Positions 33,100 through 42,158 of a stretch of DNA of 64,000 bases are shown here, in pieces (positions within the stretch are counted from its first letter, which is position 1; every line of letters begins with the position of its first letter). The notes under the pieces are model-generated. The model was not told the DNA's origin and made no database searches. It saw only the letters and a program-made list of their open reading frames with translations. Position numbers and translations under genes: made by a program. The stretch is taken from sequence record OR228459.1; one strand, written 5' to 3'.

Positions 33100-33577
33100 G
33101 GTATACTGCAATTTAAATGCAGTAGTCTACGCTATGAATTGTGGTTCAGATTTGCAATATCTCAAATTAATGGAGATGGATGAATTTGAACGTGAAAAAT
33201 TCAATGATAACTGTAAGAAGTTTGGATTAGAATATCGTATGCTCGATTACACAATCGAGCACGATAAGAATCATGAGCTATGGCGATATGACCCAGCTTA
33301 TGATAATATAAATTTAGAAGAGTACTTTCTAAACTTGTGTGAAACTGATGCACAAAAGCAGAGAGTACTGGAAGAACTTAGCTTATATGAACAATACAAC
33401 ATGACTAAGCTACTACGCTGCATGATGTGGTTAGTTGATTACCTTGAAGAACATAATATCTTTTGGGGTTTAGGTCGTGGTAGTTCAGTGAGTAGTTATT
33501 GCTTATTTTTACTAGGATTGCATTTGGTTGACAGTCTTAAATATGAGCTTGATGTAAATGAGTTCTTGAAATGGTAA
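33059..33577 (+). CDS. dnaE: DNA polymerase III alpha (DnaE)-like protein, N-terminal half of a split enzyme
   Basis: RVLEEL...WGLGRGSSVSSYCLFLLGLHLVDSLKYEL...EFL matches the DnaE segment RL..EL...GPGRGS.AGSLVAYAL.IT..DP...L.FERFL. Confidence 0.8.
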   Translation: MKVQGNRYINQDGEVYCNLNAVVYAMNCGSDLQYLKLMEMDEFEREKFNDNCKKFGLEYRMLDYTIEHDKNHELWRYDPAYDNINLEEYFLNLCETDAQKQRVLEELSLYEQYNMTKLLRCMMWLVDYLEEHNIFWGLGRGSSVSSYCLFLLGLHLVDSLKYELDVNEFLKW

Positions 33578-33607
33578 ACTAACTGTGCTAATATAAGGAT
33601 ATATTTT

Positions 33608-34000
33608 ATGGCAAAACACACCTCTTATCGTGGTCAGACCATTGATATGGATATGATGAAATATCAAAATCAGACTGCGACTGCTCTTGGCAATGCAAAC
33701 ATGAATGCACGTGGTGATAAAATCGGTCAAGGTGGCACTGTCATCAAGACTCGTGAAGAACTACTTGCTGAACGTGAACGTCAAATGCAACTACCAGATT
33801 TCATTCCAGAACATACTAGCCACTCAGTAGCAGTACAAACTGCTGATGAAGGATTTGATGATTCTATGTTCGAACTACCAGAACAAGAACCGGTAGCTGC
33901 ACCTGTACAGCCTGTACAGGAAGCTAAAGAAGAACCAGCTAAAGAAGCAGTGGAGAAAGTTTCCCCACGCAGAGTACGTACTAAGAAAGACGGAGAGTAA
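33608..34000 (+). CDS. hypothetical protein
   Basis: 130-aa ORF, GNANMNARGD motif, acidic Pro-rich tail. Confidence 0.7.
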   Translation: MAKHTSYRGQTIDMDMMKYQNQTATALGNANMNARGDKIGQGGTVIKTREELLAERERQMQLPDFIPEHTSHSVAVQTADEGFDDSMFELPEQEPVAAPVQPVQEAKEEPAKEAVEKVSPRRVRTKKDGE

Positions 34001-34005
34001 TAATC

Positions 34006-34329
34006 ATGGAGTCAAAAGTTATTACAGCTTTTAAAGGTAAAGTTTTAGTTACCAATTTAGACAGTGGTGAACAAAAAACTGCTGGTGGTATTATTCTATC
34101 AGATGATGATGGTAAACTACGTGGTATCCATAGCCGTTGGGCTAAAGTATATAGCGTTGGTGAAGATATCACTGATATTAAAGAAGGTGAATGGATTCTA
34201 GTTGAACATGGTCGTTGGTCACGTACCATTACAGTAGATGGTATTCAAATGAACCTAGTAGATTATCCAAAAGGTGTACTATGTTCATCCCCAGAACGTC
34301 CAGAAGGTTATGTTGGACTAGGAAAATAA
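34006..34329 (+). CDS. groES: GroES-like co-chaperonin
   Basis: KVLV...EQKTAGGIILS mobile loop, KVYSVG, IKEGEWIL. Confidence 0.8.
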   Translation: MESKVITAFKGKVLVTNLDSGEQKTAGGIILSDDDGKLRGIHSRWAKVYSVGEDITDIKEGEWILVEHGRWSRTITVDGIQMNLVDYPKGVLCSSPERPEGYVGLGK

Positions 34330-34336
34330 TTCAAAT

Positions 34337-34360
34337 GCCCGAAGTTTTTCGGGCTTTATT
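34337..34360 (+). terminator. Rho-independent terminator
   Basis: GCCCGAA-gttt-TTCGGGC then TTTATT. Confidence 0.75.
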
Positions 34361-34374
34361 TTTGAAGGTACTTT

Positions 34375-34650
34375 ATGATCACAGAAGACGGTAAAGTAGA
34401 TTTTAATTTTGTTAAGTTAGAATCGAAAAACGGTAAGTTCTATTTTGAACATCCAAAAAATAAAAAATTAGTTTATGAAGTTAATCACGATCAATTCCGA
34501 ACGTTATTCGTGAAAATGGCACAAGATAATGCTCGTGGTATTGAGTTACCAAATCGTTCTAATTCTTTTGAGTACTTAATGAGTCAATTAGAAATGAACG
34601 AAGATCTATTTCAAGCAATGTTATACCCAAATGAAGATTGGACAATTTAG
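34375..34650 (+). CDS. hypothetical protein
   Basis: 91-aa ORF with GAAGG SD. Confidence 0.65.
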   Translation: MITEDGKVDFNFVKLESKNGKFYFEHPKNKKLVYEVNHDQFRTLFVKMAQDNARGIELPNRSNSFEYLMSQLEMNEDLFQAMLYPNEDWTI

Positions 34651-34659
34651 GAGTTAATT

Positions 34660-35616
34660 ATGAGTAATGCACTATGGACAGAAAAGTATCGCCCACAAGA
34701 TATGGAAAACTACGTATTCAAAAACCCAGCTTTTAAAGAAAAGATGGATGAATGGATTCGTACTGGTGATATTCCACACATTGGCTTTTTTGGGCCAGCA
34801 GGTACAGGTAAAACATCTGCAATCGGTGTTCTAATTAACGGCCTAGAAAAGAATGGTCACATTGATCGTTTTGACGTTATGGTACTTAACATGTCCGATG
34901 AAGGTATCGACGCAGTTCGTGAAAAGATTGACCAAGCAGCACGTCTAGCACCTAATGGTAAGTACCGCATCTTTGTACTAGAAGAAATGGAACAGATGCA
35001 CCAAAAAGCACAAGGTTCCCTAAAACGTACAATGGAAGACTATGCCGAAAATGCTCGTTTCATTCTAACATCAAACGAACCTCACAAGATTCTAAAACCA
35101 ATCCTATCGCGTGTTCAAACTATCATGATTGAGAAGCACGACCGCGAGGCGTATATGACTCGTGTAATCAATATTCTACTAGCTGAAAACGTAGACTTGA
35201 GTACTGATGAATCTATCGAACTTGTTGAAAAATACATCAATGCAACCTATCCTGATTTCCGTAAAACACTAAACACGTTGCAAAGCAGTATCGTTGATGG
35301 TAAACTACTAAAACTTGAGGATAGCATTGATAGCACAGCGAACTACCGTTCACTCATCATTGATGCACTAAAGAACAACAACATTCGTGAGATGCGTGAA
35401 CTCATTGTTCAAAACATTCCAGAAGATGAAATGGATGGGTTCTTTACATATCTTTCACAGAATGTTAAAATGTTCTCAGATGACGAAATCACTCGTATGA
35501 AGATTATCGTTAAAATTCGTGATGCAATGGTGAAACAAGCGTCTGTATCAGACCGTGAACTCAACCTAAGTGCATTGCTATGTGAAATCGACCTAATCTG
35601 CACAGGAAACTGGTAA
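34660..35616 (+). CDS. clamp loader AAA+ subunit (T4 gp44/RFC small subunit-like)
   Basis: LWTEKYRP, GPAGTGKT, LNMSDE, LEEME, FILTSN, ILSR. Confidence 0.92.
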   Translation: MSNALWTEKYRPQDMENYVFKNPAFKEKMDEWIRTGDIPHIGFFGPAGTGKTSAIGVLINGLEKNGHIDRFDVMVLNMSDEGIDAVREKIDQAARLAPNGKYRIFVLEEMEQMHQKAQGSLKRTMEDYAENARFILTSNEPHKILKPILSRVQTIMIEKHDREAYMTRVINILLAENVDLSTDESIELVEKYINATYPDFRKTLNTLQSSIVDGKLLKLEDSIDSTANYRSLIIDALKNNNIREMRELIVQNIPEDEMDGFFTYLSQNVKMFSDDEITRMKIIVKIRDAMVKQASVSDRELNLSALLCEIDLICTGNW

Positions 35617-36236
35617 TGACTAAACAAAAAGTTGTCGTATTTGATTGTGATGAAATTTTACTAGACCACTTAGGTGGTCTTCGTGAATATGTTAAAGACC
35701 ACTTTGATATTGTCACAAAAACGGAATACCCTACTGAATATTGCCTAGAAGAATGGCTAGGACTTGACGCCGTACAAGTACAAGAAGTAATCAAACAATT
35801 CAATCAGACAGCTTATGAGTTTGGATTGCTAAAACCTCTAGAGGGTGCACAATCCCTTCTTTGTGCATTGCGTCATACATACCCAGATGTAGTATTCGCA
35901 GTACTAACAAAGTCTGGTACATTCGGTCATGGTGAAGTACTTCGCCATGTTAATATTCATAATGTATACCCTAATATCTTCGATGAGATTCACATTGTAG
36001 AAATGTATGAATCAAAACGTGGTGTTCTATCTAAACTCAAACAACAATATGATGTTGTATGTTTAGTAGACGATTACATTATGAATATCGAAACAGCATT
36101 GGCATTGGAAATTCCCGGTATCATGTTGAAACGCCCACACAATGAAAAGTACAAAGTTCGTACAGATTTCACTTTTGTTGAAAATTGGGCTGGAATTATA
36201 CATAGTGTAATTACTTTGATGAATAAAGGGGAGTAA
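35616..36236 (+). CDS. HAD-superfamily 5'(3')-deoxyribonucleotidase-like phosphatase
   Basis: FDCDEILLD motif I, LVDDY motif IV, PHN. Confidence 0.8.
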   Translation: MTKQKVVVFDCDEILLDHLGGLREYVKDHFDIVTKTEYPTEYCLEEWLGLDAVQVQEVIKQFNQTAYEFGLLKPLEGAQSLLCALRHTYPDVVFAVLTKSGTFGHGEVLRHVNIHNVYPNIFDEIHIVEMYESKRGVLSKLKQQYDVVCLVDDYIMNIETALALEIPGIMLKRPHNEKYKVRTDFTFVENWAGIIHSVITLMNKGE

Positions 36237-36246
36237 TCCCCTTTTG
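36225..36246 (+). terminator. Rho-independent terminator
   Basis: AAAGGGG-agtaat-CCCCTTT. Confidence 0.7.
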
Positions 36247-36302
36247 TTGTTTTCATATTCAGTAAATAAGAATATAATTATGTAACATAAAGGAACATAA
36301 AC

Positions 36303-36875
36303 ATGGAAGAAAATTCAGCTATTCAAAACTTGTATGATCAAGATGGTCTTCTAGATATCCTTATTGGTGTTGAGAAGTACTTTGACGATATGGACTTGTT
36401 TGCTTATAAGAACTGGATTTACGGTGAACTAGTAGAGGGGCCATTCGTTAGTAAGTATTGGGTTGAAGTAACTTTCAAATACGACCACGACACATTCCCA
36501 GACCCAATGGGTACTAAGGTTCTAGAGCAGCAAGGTACTAAAATTTCTATTAAGCGTGATTTTGAAAATACTCCTATTGCTTTCCCACGTAACCGTAATG
36601 ATATGGAAGTTGTAGGTACACAAAGCGGTTCGGTCTCTTTACCAAAAGATGAACGAATTCCAATTATACTTTATAAATTTCAAATTCCTCGTCGCATTGT
36701 CAATCCAGAAAGTTTTGATGAGTACAAACTACTTGCGAGTACTTTTAATAAAAATGCAGAAATGGATGAAGGTGAAGAACAACCAGCACCAGATATGAGC
36801 ATGGAAGATGATCAAGAAGTCCAGCAGATGGATGATCAATTCGGCTTAGACGATGAAAACCAAGGAGGTATGTAA
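36303..36875 (+). CDS. hypothetical protein (probably late/virion), acidic tail
   Basis: AGTAAATA upstream; AAGGA SD. Confidence 0.65.
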   Translation: MEENSAIQNLYDQDGLLDILIGVEKYFDDMDLFAYKNWIYGELVEGPFVSKYWVEVTFKYDHDTFPDPMGTKVLEQQGTKISIKRDFENTPIAFPRNRNDMEVVGTQSGSVSLPKDERIPIILYKFQIPRRIVNPESFDEYKLLASTFNKNAEMDEGEEQPAPDMSMEDDQEVQQMDDQFGLDDENQGGM

Positions 36876-37555
36876 TGAAGCAACTTAATGAGAGAGCATT
36901 ACGCCCCGACATTTTAAAAGATTTAATTCACCCAATCGTTAGTGTGGATGAATACACTTCTAAGATTGGAGAGAACAATGTAGTAGTAGCTTTTCAAGTA
37001 CTAGATAATTTTGATGCAGCTTATGACCTAAGCTCCTTTATCGAAAAATCACCTATTGGAGTAATAGATACTGAAGCAAGTGAAACTCCAAACGTTGATG
37101 GTCGATATGTAGTTTTTTCTGAATTCGAACGTAACGGTGAGTTTCCAGAGAAGCTACTAAAGCTATTAAAAACCATTGAAAACATTTGTCCTAATCCGGG
37201 ATGGAAAATTCAACTATACGGAATCAACGATCCAATTGATGTAGATTTTGATATTATTACTCAAAAAATGGAATTAGTTGAACCTGAAAAGGTACTAGAA
37301 TTCTTCGACCCAGCAGGAGTTAGCGTCGATGTACTACCTGAAACCATTCGTCTAAACACCATTTATGGTGCATTACACTTCCAGCGTGGTAGTGGTATGG
37401 TTTCCGAAAGTTATGTAAAATCTTTACTTGGTGACAAGCCACAGCTTGACAATACTCGTTTGAGTGCTATACTAGGTGAAGACTATGATGTGCTAAGATC
37501 TGGTCAACAGTATATCGTAGGAAATCGTACAGGTCAATATATTGTACTTCGCTAA
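36875..37555 (+). CDS. hypothetical protein (probably late/virion)
   Basis: Coupled start; MKQLNE leader. Confidence 0.65.
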   Translation: MKQLNERALRPDILKDLIHPIVSVDEYTSKIGENNVVVAFQVLDNFDAAYDLSSFIEKSPIGVIDTEASETPNVDGRYVVFSEFERNGEFPEKLLKLLKTIENICPNPGWKIQLYGINDPIDVDFDIITQKMELVEPEKVLEFFDPAGVSVDVLPETIRLNTIYGALHFQRGSGMVSESYVKSLLGDKPQLDNTRLSAILGEDYDVLRSGQQYIVGNRTGQYIVLR

Positions 37556-38352
37556 TGAGAGTACTAAACACTTTATTAGCACTACATGAAACAACAAAAT
37601 GCAGTAATCAAAAATCTGGTAGAGTTGGACTTAGTAAACGTTTATACGTTCGAACCTATGAAATAAATCGTATAGGTAAAGGATATGATAATATTAAACG
37701 TTTAGATGTTGGCACTGAATTAATTCTCAAAGCCTATCTTGCACGTAAAGTCTATATAAATGAAAAAAACCTACGAAATGGATTCTTCTTCGAGATTGAG
37801 GATTATCATAACGAAGTAGAGTTCACAAAAGGTCTTTGGAAGATCTTTTGTATTGAAGTGTTTGGAACATACATGCCAGAATTACCCGTTCCTGAAACCT
37901 ATTCAGAGTTAGAGAAAATCTTTCGTAATGATGAATTGTACTTTTCATTTTCATTGTACAAAACGGTGAAGGAAGCAGTAATACACAACCAGATAAAGAA
38001 CTCAAAACATTTCCAGACTATTAAGGACTTTGATTTGTTTTGTTCATTACCGGGTATTCCCGGATGGACTGCACAGCAACATGGTGCTATGTTGGCTGAT
38101 GGTAGAGTAGAGGCACCACAAAGACTAATGCAGGTTGCATTAGGTATGTTCAAACTTGAACACTTAGGATGCCCAGAACCGTACCAGTACTTTTGGAAAG
38201 AACGTGCAAACGCAGCAATGAATAAAGCGATTGCAGTACTACAAAAGTCATATATAGTAAAATTTAGAAATGCCACAATGTATGATAAATCAGTCTTACC
38301 AGAAAGATTTGAACCAATCGAGACATTTGTATGGAACAAGAAAAGAGCGTAA
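37555..38352 (+). CDS. hypothetical protein
   Basis: 265-aa coupled ORF ending at a terminator. Confidence 0.65.
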   Translation: MRVLNTLLALHETTKCSNQKSGRVGLSKRLYVRTYEINRIGKGYDNIKRLDVGTELILKAYLARKVYINEKNLRNGFFFEIEDYHNEVEFTKGLWKIFCIEVFGTYMPELPVPETYSELEKIFRNDELYFSFSLYKTVKEAVIHNQIKNSKHFQTIKDFDLFCSLPGIPGWTAQQHGAMLADGRVEAPQRLMQVALGMFKLEHLGCPEPYQYFWKERANAAMNKAIAVLQKSYIVKFRNATMYDKSVLPERFEPIETFVWNKKRA

Positions 38353-38370
38353 AAAATTACGCTCTTTTTG
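38341..38370 (+). terminator. Rho-independent terminator
   Basis: AAAAGAGCGTAA-aaaa-TTACGCTCTTTT. Confidence 0.8.
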
Positions 38371-38380
38371 TTTTTAGGGG

Positions 38381-38409
38381 TTGACAAGCCAACCAGATAT
38401 AGATATAAT
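38381..38409 (+). promoter_or_regulatory. sigma70 consensus (early) promoter
   Basis: TTGACA-N17-TATAAT. Confidence 0.85.
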
Positions 38410-38471
38410 TATCTCACTTTATTGAAGTACACACTTTTACTATCGAATAATCAAAAAGAGGGAAATCTCAC

Positions 38472-38906
38472 ATGACAGCTAAAATCGAATTCTTCTATAC
38501 CCACGGTCACCACTACACTGCATCTGGCGTTATTGATGACAGCATTGTAACTGATGGTGATATTCTATCATATTCTTCTACTATTGAAAAAGAAAACCTT
38601 GACATTCGTACTATCGGTGTTACTGAAGTTAAAATGAAAGATCTTAAATTTGCCATTGTAACTTATAGTGCTGGTTCAATGTATGAAGGTTGTACTCAAA
38701 TCATTCACGGTCTAGTTGAGAAGTTCGATATTATGGCAACTTTCACTGAAGCGGAAAAGATTCGTAAGCTAGAAGAATCCGAGCGTGAAGCTGAAGAACG
38801 TGCACAGTACCGCCGCCAGCGTGAAGCAGAGAAGTACGTAGAACGCCGCAAAAAACGTGCTGCTGAACGTAAAGCAGAACGTACTAAAAATGGTGCATCT
38901 AACTAA
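38472..38906 (+). CDS. hypothetical protein with charged C-terminal helix
   Basis: 144-aa ORF after a strong promoter. Confidence 0.7.
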   Translation: MTAKIEFFYTHGHHYTASGVIDDSIVTDGDILSYSSTIEKENLDIRTIGVTEVKMKDLKFAIVTYSAGSMYEGCTQIIHGLVEKFDIMATFTEAEKIRKLEESEREAEERAQYRRQREAEKYVERRKKRAAERKAERTKNGASN

Positions 38907-38912
38907 AAAGTA

Positions 38913-38941
38913 TTGACACCGTTTTAGTACTGACATATAAT
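38913..38941 (+). promoter_or_regulatory. sigma70 consensus (early) promoter
   Basis: TTGACA-N17-TATAAT. Confidence 0.85.
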
Positions 38942-38950
38942 ACTGTCATC

Positions 38951-38972
38951 AAGGGGAGCATCGTGCTCCCTT
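38951..38972 (+). terminator. hairpin/terminator in the 5' leader
   Basis: AAGGGGAGCA-tc-GTGCTCCCTT region, GGGAGCA/TGCTCCC stem. Confidence 0.55.
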
Positions 38973-38994
38973 ATTAATCAACAAAGGAATCGAA

Positions 38995-40128
38995 ATGAAA
39001 GGCAAATACTTTTTTATTGAAAACAGAAAAGAAATTGAAATTGCAGAATTTGATTACAAATATGTGCGGAACGCCTTTCTAAAAGAATATGATCGTTCTG
39101 CAAACCGCAAATACTGCTACACAGTTATTGTAAGTCGTACATACGATCCAACTGGTGAACCAATTTTTGATGTTCGGGTTCTAGACCTCAATGACATTTA
39201 CTTTGACAATACTCGCTTACGTATGTTGGAAGTGATGATTGACGAAATTGGTTTTGCTAATAAACCTGAAGATCGTCGTATTCAAAATCTTCCTATGCCT
39301 CCACTCCAGAAAGAATATCAGGAGTACTTGGAAGGTAAAAAGCGTAAAGCTGTAGTAACTGAAGTTTCTAATCAGCTTATCGAGGTTCCACCTCCACCAG
39401 AACTTAAACGTGTTCCAGTGGCAGAAGATGATTCTCGCATCATGGCAGTGGAAGCTATGTTTTCTGATAATGATGTAGAAGTTAAACCATTAGTAGTGCT
39501 AGATTGGGTTGATAACTTCCCTATTGCTAATCATGAAGTTACGGTTAAAATGCGTAACATGACTGAAAAGCAAATCAAAATGGCATCATCTATTAGTGCA
39601 CATAGCGAGTACTTACATGGCGTTATGAATAATATCGGTTCAGTACTTGAAGAGATTTTTCCTGTTAATCCGGGGTTCTTCAAGAAAGTGTTCGGGAATA
39701 CTGATTTTAAAATCGAAAAAAAGAATGTTGATTCTGTCATTGAACGTTTGACTAATGCTGTTAAAATCGACTCTCGTCGTTTTGCTGGTTTACAGACGAA
39801 TTTTGATGAAATCAAAGAAATGGCATCTGAAATCAAAGAAAACCTTGAGCAAGGTGTTATGGGCTGTAAGTTTGCCGTGGCAAGCATTGAAGATGCATAC
39901 GAATTTGACATTCGTGAAGAACGTCTCATGAAAATGGGTATCGTGGCAAACCAGACACGTGCATCAATGATGGAAGCTGAAATGAAGTTCAACATGGATA
40001 TGGAACGTTTTAACGAAATCCAAACTGTGTTGCTTCCAATCCTAGTGATTCGCATTCAGTCCAGTGCAAATTCCAAGTTGGATGATGATACGGTTAAGAT
40101 TATTCGTAACATTGCAAAAAAAGATTAA
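38995..40128 (+). CDS. possible divergent TelA-like coiled-coil protein with N-terminal extension
   Basis: FFKKVFG and REERLMKMGIVANQT...FNEIQTVLLP parallel TelA helices. Confidence 0.45.
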   Translation: MKGKYFFIENRKEIEIAEFDYKYVRNAFLKEYDRSANRKYCYTVIVSRTYDPTGEPIFDVRVLDLNDIYFDNTRLRMLEVMIDEIGFANKPEDRRIQNLPMPPLQKEYQEYLEGKKRKAVVTEVSNQLIEVPPPPELKRVPVAEDDSRIMAVEAMFSDNDVEVKPLVVLDWVDNFPIANHEVTVKMRNMTEKQIKMASSISAHSEYLHGVMNNIGSVLEEIFPVNPGFFKKVFGNTDFKIEKKNVDSVIERLTNAVKIDSRRFAGLQTNFDEIKEMASEIKENLEQGVMGCKFAVASIEDAYEFDIREERLMKMGIVANQTRASMMEAEMKFNMDMERFNEIQTVLLPILVIRIQSSANSKLDDDTVKIIRNIAKKD

Positions 40129-40136
40129 AATTGTAG

Positions 40137-40164
40137 TTGACACCATTTTGTAGTGCTGTATAAT
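40137..40164 (+). promoter_or_regulatory. sigma70 consensus (early) promoter
   Basis: TTGACA-N16-TATAAT. Confidence 0.75.
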
Positions 40165-40217
40165 GTTTACATCAAGACAAGCAGCACTACTTATTAACTA
40201 AACATGAGGAATACATA

Positions 40218-41360
40218 ATGTCCGAAAAAGATATCACTCCAGCAACTAAACCTGTTCGCAAATCTGCTACTCGTAAAACTACTACCAAAGCGAAAGCGAA
40301 AGATAAAGTAGTTGTTCAGAGTGATGTTATCGAACAATCTGAAAAGCAGCTTCCAGCACTCGTCACTTCCAAAGGTGAGAAAATGGAACTAACTATCTCT
40401 AATATTCATCAGTTTGGTATGGATGCAGGTGCAAGCATTTCTACCCTAAACGACCAAATCCTTAACCGTGTTAAAGTTGCGGATAGTGGTGAATTTGGCG
40501 AGAGCGTGAATAACATTCTTGCATTGACTCGTAGTGTTGATATCGAATCACTTGGTACACCACGTAAAGGTATTGTTGGAAAATTCCTTGGTTTTTTCCG
40601 TGATGCAAAACGTCAAGTTACTGATCAGCTTAACACCAGCTACGATCAAATTCAGGAAATTGTTAAAACCCTTGATGGTGGCGTAGCTCGTATGGAAGAT
40701 GAATCACGTTGGCTTGAGCGTGTATACAATGCAAACATCGAAAACCTTCATGAATTGAAAGCATCGCTTGCTAGCATTGAAGACGTAAAAGGCCCACAAG
40801 AAGAACTGCTCAATCAAATGCGTTTGAATGATGATATTGAAGTTGAGAAGTTTGAAGAACAAAAACTAATCGTTGAAGCACTAGATAAACAAGCTGATAA
40901 GGTACGTCGCTTGATTACTCTATCTCAACTCATGGCACCACAGATTATGTCCATGCGTAAAGTTAACACCAACACGCATGAGAAGTACCAGACTCTAATC
41001 ACCACGACTATTCCAGCGTGGAAAACACAGATGAGCCTTGGTCTAATCAGTGATGCACAACGTAAAGATAACGAGCTTTCTGATAAGATTGACAACCAGA
41101 CTAACCTACTACTATCTACCAACGCAGATACTGTAGCTAAGAACATGGTTGATTCTGCGAAAGCTAACCAACGTGGGGTGGTTGATTTGGATACACTACG
41201 TAAAGTACAGAACACTATGCTCAAAGGTATTACCGATACCATTGCAGTTGAACAAAGTGGTGCTGCTGAACGTGAAAAAGCAAAACTCGAAATGGAAGCA
41301 ATGGATCGTGATTTGAAAAATGCTCTATTAGAGATTGCTGAAAAAACTCACAAGAAATAA
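40218..41360 (+). CDS. telA: toxic anion resistance protein (TelA/KlaA family)
   Basis: IHQFG, GKFLGFF, QLMAPQIMSM..VN, TTTIPAWKTQM, NQRGVVDLDTL. Confidence 0.85.
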   Translation: MSEKDITPATKPVRKSATRKTTTKAKAKDKVVVQSDVIEQSEKQLPALVTSKGEKMELTISNIHQFGMDAGASISTLNDQILNRVKVADSGEFGESVNNILALTRSVDIESLGTPRKGIVGKFLGFFRDAKRQVTDQLNTSYDQIQEIVKTLDGGVARMEDESRWLERVYNANIENLHELKASLASIEDVKGPQEELLNQMRLNDDIEVEKFEEQKLIVEALDKQADKVRRLITLSQLMAPQIMSMRKVNTNTHEKYQTLITTTIPAWKTQMSLGLISDAQRKDNELSDKIDNQTNLLLSTNADTVAKNMVDSAKANQRGVVDLDTLRKVQNTMLKGITDTIAVEQSGAAEREKAKLEMEAMDRDLKNALLEIAEKTHKK

Positions 41361-41366
41361 TAAAAT

Positions 41367-41390
41367 AAAGGAGGCGAAAGCCTCCTTTTT
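41367..41390 (+). terminator. Rho-independent terminator
   Basis: AAAGGAGGC-gaaa-GCCTCCTTT then TT. Confidence 0.85.
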
Positions 41391-41404
41391 CGTAGGAGAA
41401 AAAA

Positions 41405-42103
41405 ATGGAAAGACGTGATGTAACAATTGATATTGAAACATGGGGTACTCCAGAGAATAGTGGATATAACATTATTATCCCAAACTATGCATTAGTTGTA
41501 GTACCTGAAGAACCAAGAACATATGATCTAGAATGGATGTATGTTCAAATGCCAATTCAACCACAAATCAATAAAGGTTTATCCCTAGATGCAGATGCAC
41601 TTTCTTTCTGGCACGATATGTGTGCAAAAGAATATTCACGTGCCTATGAGGAAATGAAAAAATCTCTTACATTGAATACGTGTGAGATTCGTACACGCAA
41701 CTATGCACCAACTGCTAGTAAAGGTGATAGTCCGATGAAAGTGAATGACCCTACTACTATGGTAGAGTTCTTTATTTCCAACTACAGTAGAAATACTGGC
41801 AAACTATGGGGTAATGGTTGTAACTTCGATTGCAGCATTCTTCAAGAGAATCACCGTGTAATGTACAATAACGGTAAAATGTGGCGATATGACGCACCAC
41901 AGAACGCTAGGAGCCTTAAAGACCTTCTAAGTGATGAAGAACGTGCTGAAATGGATAGCATCGTACAGGACTATCTAGGACGTTTTGAGACCACTGTTCG
42001 TGTGGAATGTGGCTTGACAAATCTTCAATTACACCATCCCCTTTATGATGCAGCACGGGAAGCCCTTCAAGTTTCATATTGTCGTATGAAGAAAAAAGGT
42101 TGA
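41405..42103 (+). CDS. DEDDh 3'-5' exonuclease (Rv2179c/exonuclease VIII-like)
   Basis: IDIETWG, WGNGCNFDCSIL, HHPLYDA. Confidence 0.85.
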   Translation: MERRDVTIDIETWGTPENSGYNIIIPNYALVVVPEEPRTYDLEWMYVQMPIQPQINKGLSLDADALSFWHDMCAKEYSRAYEEMKKSLTLNTCEIRTRNYAPTASKGDSPMKVNDPTTMVEFFISNYSRNTGKLWGNGCNFDCSILQENHRVMYNNGKMWRYDAPQNARSLKDLLSDEERAEMDSIVQDYLGRFETTVRVECGLTNLQLHHPLYDAAREALQVSYCRMKKKG

Positions 42104-42128
42104 CAGTACTAGCAGGGTGGGCTATAAT
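42100..42128 (+). promoter_or_regulatory. sigma70 consensus (early) promoter
   Basis: TTGACA-N17-TATAAT. Confidence 0.85.
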
Positions 42129-42158
42129 CTTAGCTCACCCAAATTAAGAGGATAAATC

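Noticed and set aside
33540-33610. Split intein or trans-splicing intron joining the DnaE halves
   Set aside because: No intein terminal residues on either ORF and no intron-like structure after the stop codon.
37555-38352. Possible NrdA N-terminal fragment (VEAPQRLMQVALG resembles ETPQ.AYM.IA)
   Set aside because: A single short motif with no other RNR features; left as hypothetical.
38921-38930. GTTTTAGTAC (also at 46236) matches the start of some type II CRISPR repeats
   Set aside because: Only 10 nt, not part of a regularly spaced array, no cas genes, and explained by general GTAC enrichment.
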